Source of the DNA: Candidatus Hodarchaeota archaeon
GTDB lineage: Archaea > Asgardarchaeota > Heimdallarchaeia > Hodarchaeales > Hodarchaeaceae
NCBI GenBank assembly: GCA_016839785.1
Contig: JAEOTQ010000191.1
Span: 1 to 32,063, forward strand
Direction of reading: 5' to 3'
DNA length: 32,063 nt
Shown: positions 28,202 through 32,063 of the stretch, in pieces
Position numbering within the stretch: the stretch's first letter is position 1
Layout of the letters: each line of letters starts with the position of its first letter
Notes under the pieces: model-generated
What the model saw: the letters and a program-made list of their open reading frames with translations, nothing else
What the model was told of the DNA's origin: nothing
Databases searched by the model: none
Made by a program: the position numbers and the translations under genes

Positions 28202-28993
28202 TTACTTATTTTGTCCTTCATTAGCATAGATTGCCGCTCCTAATGCAACAAATGATTGAGGAGATTGAGGAACAGAAACAGATTTTCCTAATAGCTCTTC
28301 AAATATATTTACGATGACTGGATTGTGTGCGATAACCCCGCCTGTTAAAACAACTCTATTATCTAAACTGTCAATTTCTATAACTCGGTTGACTATAGAA
28401 TAAAATGCTCCTCGAACCATATCCTCGACTTTTGCTCCTTCTCTTATACGACTTAAAATTTCAGTTCCAGCAAACACTGTACAATAGCTACTAATTTTTA
28501 CAGGGTTTCTGGATTGTTCCCCAAGGTGATTTAACTCTTTGAGATCTATTCGTAATTTTAGGGCAAGTTCTTCAAGAAATGTACCTGTCCCAGCTGCACA
28601 CTTCCGATTCATCTTGAAACTGAAACGTTTGCCGCCTTTTATTTTAATTATCTTGGTATCTTGCCCTCCTATGTCGATAATTGTAATGTCATCCTTTGGA
28701 TATAGATATTTTGCCGCCTTTGCAGAACATGAAATTTCTGTAATATTCGAGATAGAGAAATCCTCAAGATGCGCATTCTTACGACCGAAGCCTGTTGTTA
28801 CAATATTTTTAACTTGATTCTTTTTCTTTTCGGTTGAAAGAGACTCTTCTAGTGCTTTATATGCCGCGTCTCTTAAGTTTATTCCTGAATGTACAACACT
28901 CAATCCTACTACCTTTTTTTCGGCATTAATTAAAATAGCCTTAGTAAAAGAAGAGCCAATATCAATTCCTGCAAAGAGTGAGTTATCAGACAC
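28202..28993 (-). CDS. Acyl-CoA dehydratase activase / BcrAD-BadFG-family ATPase (HgdC-like)
   Basis: GIDIGSSFTK, TTGFGR, IDIGGQDTK, MNRKCAAGTG, SSYCTVFA, LTGG, ALGAA. Confidence 0.9.
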   Translation of the reverse strand: MSDNSLFAGIDIGSSFTKAILINAEKKVVGLSVVHSGINLRDAAYKALEESLSTEKKKNQVKNIVTTGFGRKNAHLEDFSISNITEISCSAKAAKYLYPKDDITIIDIGGQDTKIIKIKGGKRFSFKMNRKCAAGTGTFLEELALKLRIDLKELNHLGEQSRNPVKISSYCTVFAGTEILSRIREGAKVEDMVRGAFYSIVNRVIEIDSLDNRVVLTGGVIAHNPVIVNIFEELLGKSVSVPQSPQSFVALGAAIYANEGQNK

Positions 28994-29034
28994 AGATTAT
29001 TCTCCATTTTGGTCATTATACTTGTATTACTCTT

Positions 29035-30261
29035 TTAAATTCCTGCAAGTTGTTCAATAAATGCTTCAATATTTGTTTTAGTTTGTTCCTCACTGTAAAC
29101 ATTTAAATCATTAAGATCAGCATCGATTTGTAAAGAGGGAATTCCTGTCTGATTTTGTAAACGTTTTGGCATCCCATAATTTGTGTTGGAATTATTTGGG
29201 CAAGTCCTAGCATTATGGTATATCATTCCATCAACGCTAAATTTATCCATCATTTTTTTTAGATATTTTTCTTTGCTGGATTCAGATCTATTTATGAATA
29301 ATTCAGTGTATGCTTTTGCCATACTCCTGAAAGGTTCTTGTGGATTGAAATCACTGAAGATCCAACTATTACAATAAGTTGACGCAACAATACACGTCTT
29401 CAATTCTGAAAATTGATTAGATAATGCTCTTAATTTTCCCCAGATAGGCATTCCTTCCCAAAAACATCTAAATGATTCCTCTACAACGGCTGCAATTCCG
29501 TTTTCAATCCTGAGTTTGAGTTCTTGTTCTAGCTTATCATAATATTCAACTGCAATTTCTGTTCCTCGTAAAACTACTGCAGGAAGCATATGAATACAGC
29601 CATCAAAAAACGTTAAAGGTGAGGGAATAGACGAGGCTGTTTCTAAGACAGAATTCCATTTATTACTGCACTCAAGTGAAAGTTGCAGCCTAAGTTCTAA
29701 CTTTTTTCTTTCAAAACTCTGATCTGTGATTTTTTCAAGTGTTTCTGAAATCTTTTTTATCTGTTCTTCCACAGTTTTAACATGAGTGTTAGATAATTCA
29801 TCAATGAAGGTAGGGGAATTTATTCCTAGGATTGGGACTTGAAATTCTTTTGCATAATATTTAAACCAATCTTGTACATCACGACATTGATTTGTGTTAT
29901 AAATGAGAATATCTGGTTTTGGTACTTTTTCTATACCATAGGCTCTCTTTAATCCTGTTTCCTTTTTTATATAAGCACCTATGTCACTCGTGAGATAAGA
30001 ACATATTTCTGGGGAATAACCCTGAGCCACTGCTACTGGAATGTATTTATTTGCACTTCGACTAGCGCCTAAAATGGCGGTATGATTTTCTGGATAATAT
30101 ACGTTGTAATCAAATGCTAATAGGAGTTCTGCGGGGCCTACACTAGAACACCAAGCAATGTTTTTACGTGGATCTTTTGACGCTTTATCCAAATTCTGAT
30201 AGTATTCTGTAGCTATTTTTCTAAGTTCGTGGGCAGATTTAATCTCATTTTCGGGGGTCAT
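29035..30261 (-). CDS. 2-hydroxyacyl-CoA dehydratase / benzoyl-CoA reductase beta-type subunit (HgdAB/FldBC family)
   Basis: AWCSSVGPAELL, YPENH, GYSPEICSY, NTNQC, WEGMPIW, DGMIYHNARTC, IDADLND, TNIEAFIEQL. Confidence 0.88.
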   Translation of the reverse strand: MTPENEIKSAHELRKIATEYYQNLDKASKDPRKNIAWCSSVGPAELLLAFDYNVYYPENHTAILGASRSANKYIPVAVAQGYSPEICSYLTSDIGAYIKKETGLKRAYGIEKVPKPDILIYNTNQCRDVQDWFKYYAKEFQVPILGINSPTFIDELSNTHVKTVEEQIKKISETLEKITDQSFERKKLELRLQLSLECSNKWNSVLETASSIPSPLTFFDGCIHMLPAVVLRGTEIAVEYYDKLEQELKLRIENGIAAVVEESFRCFWEGMPIWGKLRALSNQFSELKTCIVASTYCNSWIFSDFNPQEPFRSMAKAYTELFINRSESSKEKYLKKMMDKFSVDGMIYHNARTCPNNSNTNYGMPKRLQNQTGIPSLQIDADLNDLNVYSEEQTKTNIEAFIEQLAGI

Positions 30262-30366
30262 CTCTTTCCTATCATCAAAATTTTGAATAAAAGTATTTGG
30301 GATGAAAATGGAAACAAGCTTCTTATAATAATTTAGCTGCGTTTATAGCTGTTATTATATCTGGTA

Positions 30367-30891
30367 TTAATCAAGTTGTTTAAAATTCTCTCTGTATCGT
30401 TTTGGCAGTGTTTGATAAAGTTTAGTTGCCCACCAGCTATATTCACGGTGTGAATCGGAAAGTTTGCCAATTACTTTACCAGGAATACCTACTACAATGC
30501 TTTCATCCTCAATTATCATTTTTCTTGGCACTAATGCGCCTTCACCAATGATGCAATTGTCTCCAATCTCGGCCCAATCCCCAATTACAGCCTTTATTCC
30601 AACGAGGACATGTTTTCCCAAAGTTGCTTGATGTACAACGGCACCATGGCCAATATGACAATTTTCACTTAAAGAAGTAGTTCCGTCAGGCACCGAGTGA
30701 AAAACACAAGTATCTTGAATGTTTGATCCATTTCCTATAACAATGGAACCCCAATCTCCTCTTAGAACCGCGTTCGGGCCAATGAAACAATTTTCACCAA
30801 TTTTTACATCTCCTATAACCGTGGCAGTAGGAAATACATAAGCAGTTTCTGAAATCTCAGGTTTTTTCCCCTCAAATTCATATAATACCAT
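30367..30891 (-). CDS. Gamma-carbonic-anhydrase-like hexapeptide-repeat protein (PaaY/CaiE-like)
   Basis: YEFEGKKP, VIGDVKIG, AVLRGDWG, SNIQDTCVFH, HIGHGAVVH metal-binding histidines. ATG at 30891. Confidence 0.85.
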   Translation of the reverse strand: MVLYEFEGKKPEISETAYVFPTATVIGDVKIGENCFIGPNAVLRGDWGSIVIGNGSNIQDTCVFHSVPDGTTSLSENCHIGHGAVVHQATLGKHVLVGIKAVIGDWAEIGDNCIIGEGALVPRKMIIEDESIVVGIPGKVIGKLSDSHREYSWWATKLYQTLPKRYRENFKQLD

Positions 30892-30930
30892 TTTTAACAC
30901 AGATAGAAACAATCACTGGTAGAGATTTAA

Positions 30931-31377
30931 AGCCAATCTTCCCCATCATCACACTTAGGCCAGGTTACATTAACTACCTCTCAAGGTGTAGATGAACTAC
31001 CAATTAATCCTCATGCAAGAATTCTTGGAACTGGTGCTTCATTAATAGCAATAAGTTTTAGTACTGATAGCAAGCATTTACAGGTTATAATTGAGAAGGC
31101 CTTAAATCATCACGGTTTTTCTATCATAGAAGTGCTCTGTCCTCGCCTTACTTTTAATAAATTTAATAGCTATGACTGGTTTCATAAAAAAGGATATAGG
31201 CTTGATGAGAATAATGATCAAACCCATAATAAGGCTGTTTTCGCAAAATCACAGGATTAGGCTGATAGAATTCCTCTAGGAAATATCTACAAGTCTGAAA
31301 GGTCTTCATTACATGATATTGATCCCGTAACAAAGAATAGGATTCCTATAAAAGATCCTATTGGATTCAAAACTTAA
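30931..31377 (+). pseudogene. korB: Pseudogene: C-terminal half of a 2-oxoacid:ferredoxin oxidoreductase beta subunit
   Basis: Hand translation SQSSPSSHLGQVTLTTSQG..PINP..GASLIA..KHLQVIIEKALNHHGFSIIEVLCPRLTFNKFNSYDWF..QD*ADRIPLG. No start codon, no TPP-binding N-half, in-frame TAG at 31258-31260, and the conserved PC motif reads PR. Confidence 0.8.
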
Positions 31378-31485
31378 AGGATTGATATTCAAAAAGTATT
31401 GATGATTTTAGATAGTTTTCAACCCATAGAATCAGTGAAAACACTTATCCCATGATTATACAATTGAAATTGGAGTGATAAAATT

Positions 31486-32063
31486 ATGTATAAGAATCTA
31501 AATTTTGAAGTTACAGATGAAGGTATTGCTATACTTAAATTCACAAGAACTAAAGCACTTAATGCTATTAACAATGAAACAGCGAAAGAATTAGACCAAA
31601 TCATTCACATAGTCGAAAACGATTCCTCGATACGAGTTTTAGTGTTCCAAGGATCTGGTAAAGCATTCGTTGCGGGCGCTGATATTTCAGAATTCAAAGA
31701 AAGATCTGTTGTTGAGACAAAAACCTTTTCTCAATTTTTGCAAAATATTTATAACCGGATTGAAATGTTACCAATGCCAATGATAGCGGCAATTAACGGG
31801 TATTGTCTTGGTGGTGGATTAGAGCTGGCAATGGCCTGTGATCTTCGAATTGCATCATCAAAAGCCATATTTGGACAACCAGAAATAAAATTAGGGTTAA
31901 TCCCTGGTGCAGGAGGAACACAACGCCTTCCACGATTAATAGGAAAGACTATGGCAAAAGAATTAATTCTTCTTGGAGAATCAATTAATGCGGAAAAAGC
32001 ATTATCAATTGGGCTCTTAAATAAAGTTGTAGATCCTGAAAAACTGGAAATAACTGTTATGGA
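31486..32063 (+). CDS. crt: Enoyl-CoA hydratase (crotonase), 3'-truncated by window edge; not in the ORF track
   Basis: Hand translation MYKNLNFEV..KALNAIN..KAFVAGADISEF..AAINGYCLGGGLELAMACDLRIAS..FGQPEIKLGLIPGAGGTQRLPRLIG. GGAGTGA RBS upstream. Confidence 0.9.
   Translation, partial: MYKNLNFEVTDEGIAILKFTRTKALNAINNETAKELDQIIHIVENDSSIRVLVFQGSGKAFVAGADISEFKERSVVETKTFSQFLQNIYNRIEMLPMPMIAAINGYCLGGGLELAMACDLRIASSKAIFGQPEIKLGLIPGAGGTQRLPRLIGKTMAKELILLGESINAEKALSIGLLNKVVDPEKLEITVM

Noticed and set aside
31258-31260. In-frame TAG in korB as pyrrolysine or stop-codon recoding
   Set aside because: The fragment also lacks its N-terminal half and a conserved Cys, and TAG serves as a normal stop for other genes here (e.g. 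bzdN).
620-31604. Numerous short ORF-track entries antisense to or overlapping larger genes (e.g. 620-916, 5006-5299, 10051-10338, 22261-22758, 25885-26277, 28539-28817, 31419-31604)
   Set aside because: They are shadow ORFs of well-supported genes, with no motifs or RBS.

Overview
AT-rich, gene-dense window with archaeal hallmarks: TATA-like boxes, GGTGA/GGAG ribosome-binding sites, a DUF2080 protein, an SCP-x-type thiolase with a DUF35 partner, and archaeal wHTH proteins. An Asgard-like host is plausible but is inference only. Most of the window (about 3.0-32.1 kb) is an apparently complete anaerobic aromatic-degradation (benzoyl-CoA) locus. It has an ATP-dependent class I benzoyl-CoA reductase of the Azoarcus/Ferroglobus bzd type (bzdNOPQ), ferredoxin bzdM, the BzdV-like oxidoreductase, the ring-opening enzymes dch, had and oah, and lower-pathway beta-oxidation genes (two thiolases, an acyl-CoA dehydrogenase, a crotonase, a 3-hydroxybutyryl-CoA dehydrogenase, a CoA ligase). 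Embedded oddities: a DUF35-SDR fusion coupled to a thiolase; a tungsten AOR operon with a 48-aa zinc-ribbon gene missing from the ORF track; a DUF2080 + GNAT pair heading the reductase operon, with a palindrome shared by two promoters; a second, partnerless 2-hydroxyacyl-CoA dehydratase/activator pair next to panE and a paaY-like gene; a korB pseudogene; and a possible TnpB relic. The left end holds a wHTH / coiled-coil-HTH / MinD-ParA gene trio preceded by 11-bp-phased ATCAACA repeats. No rRNA, tRNA or CRISPR array was recognised. All calls come from motif recognition by eye; no searches were run.
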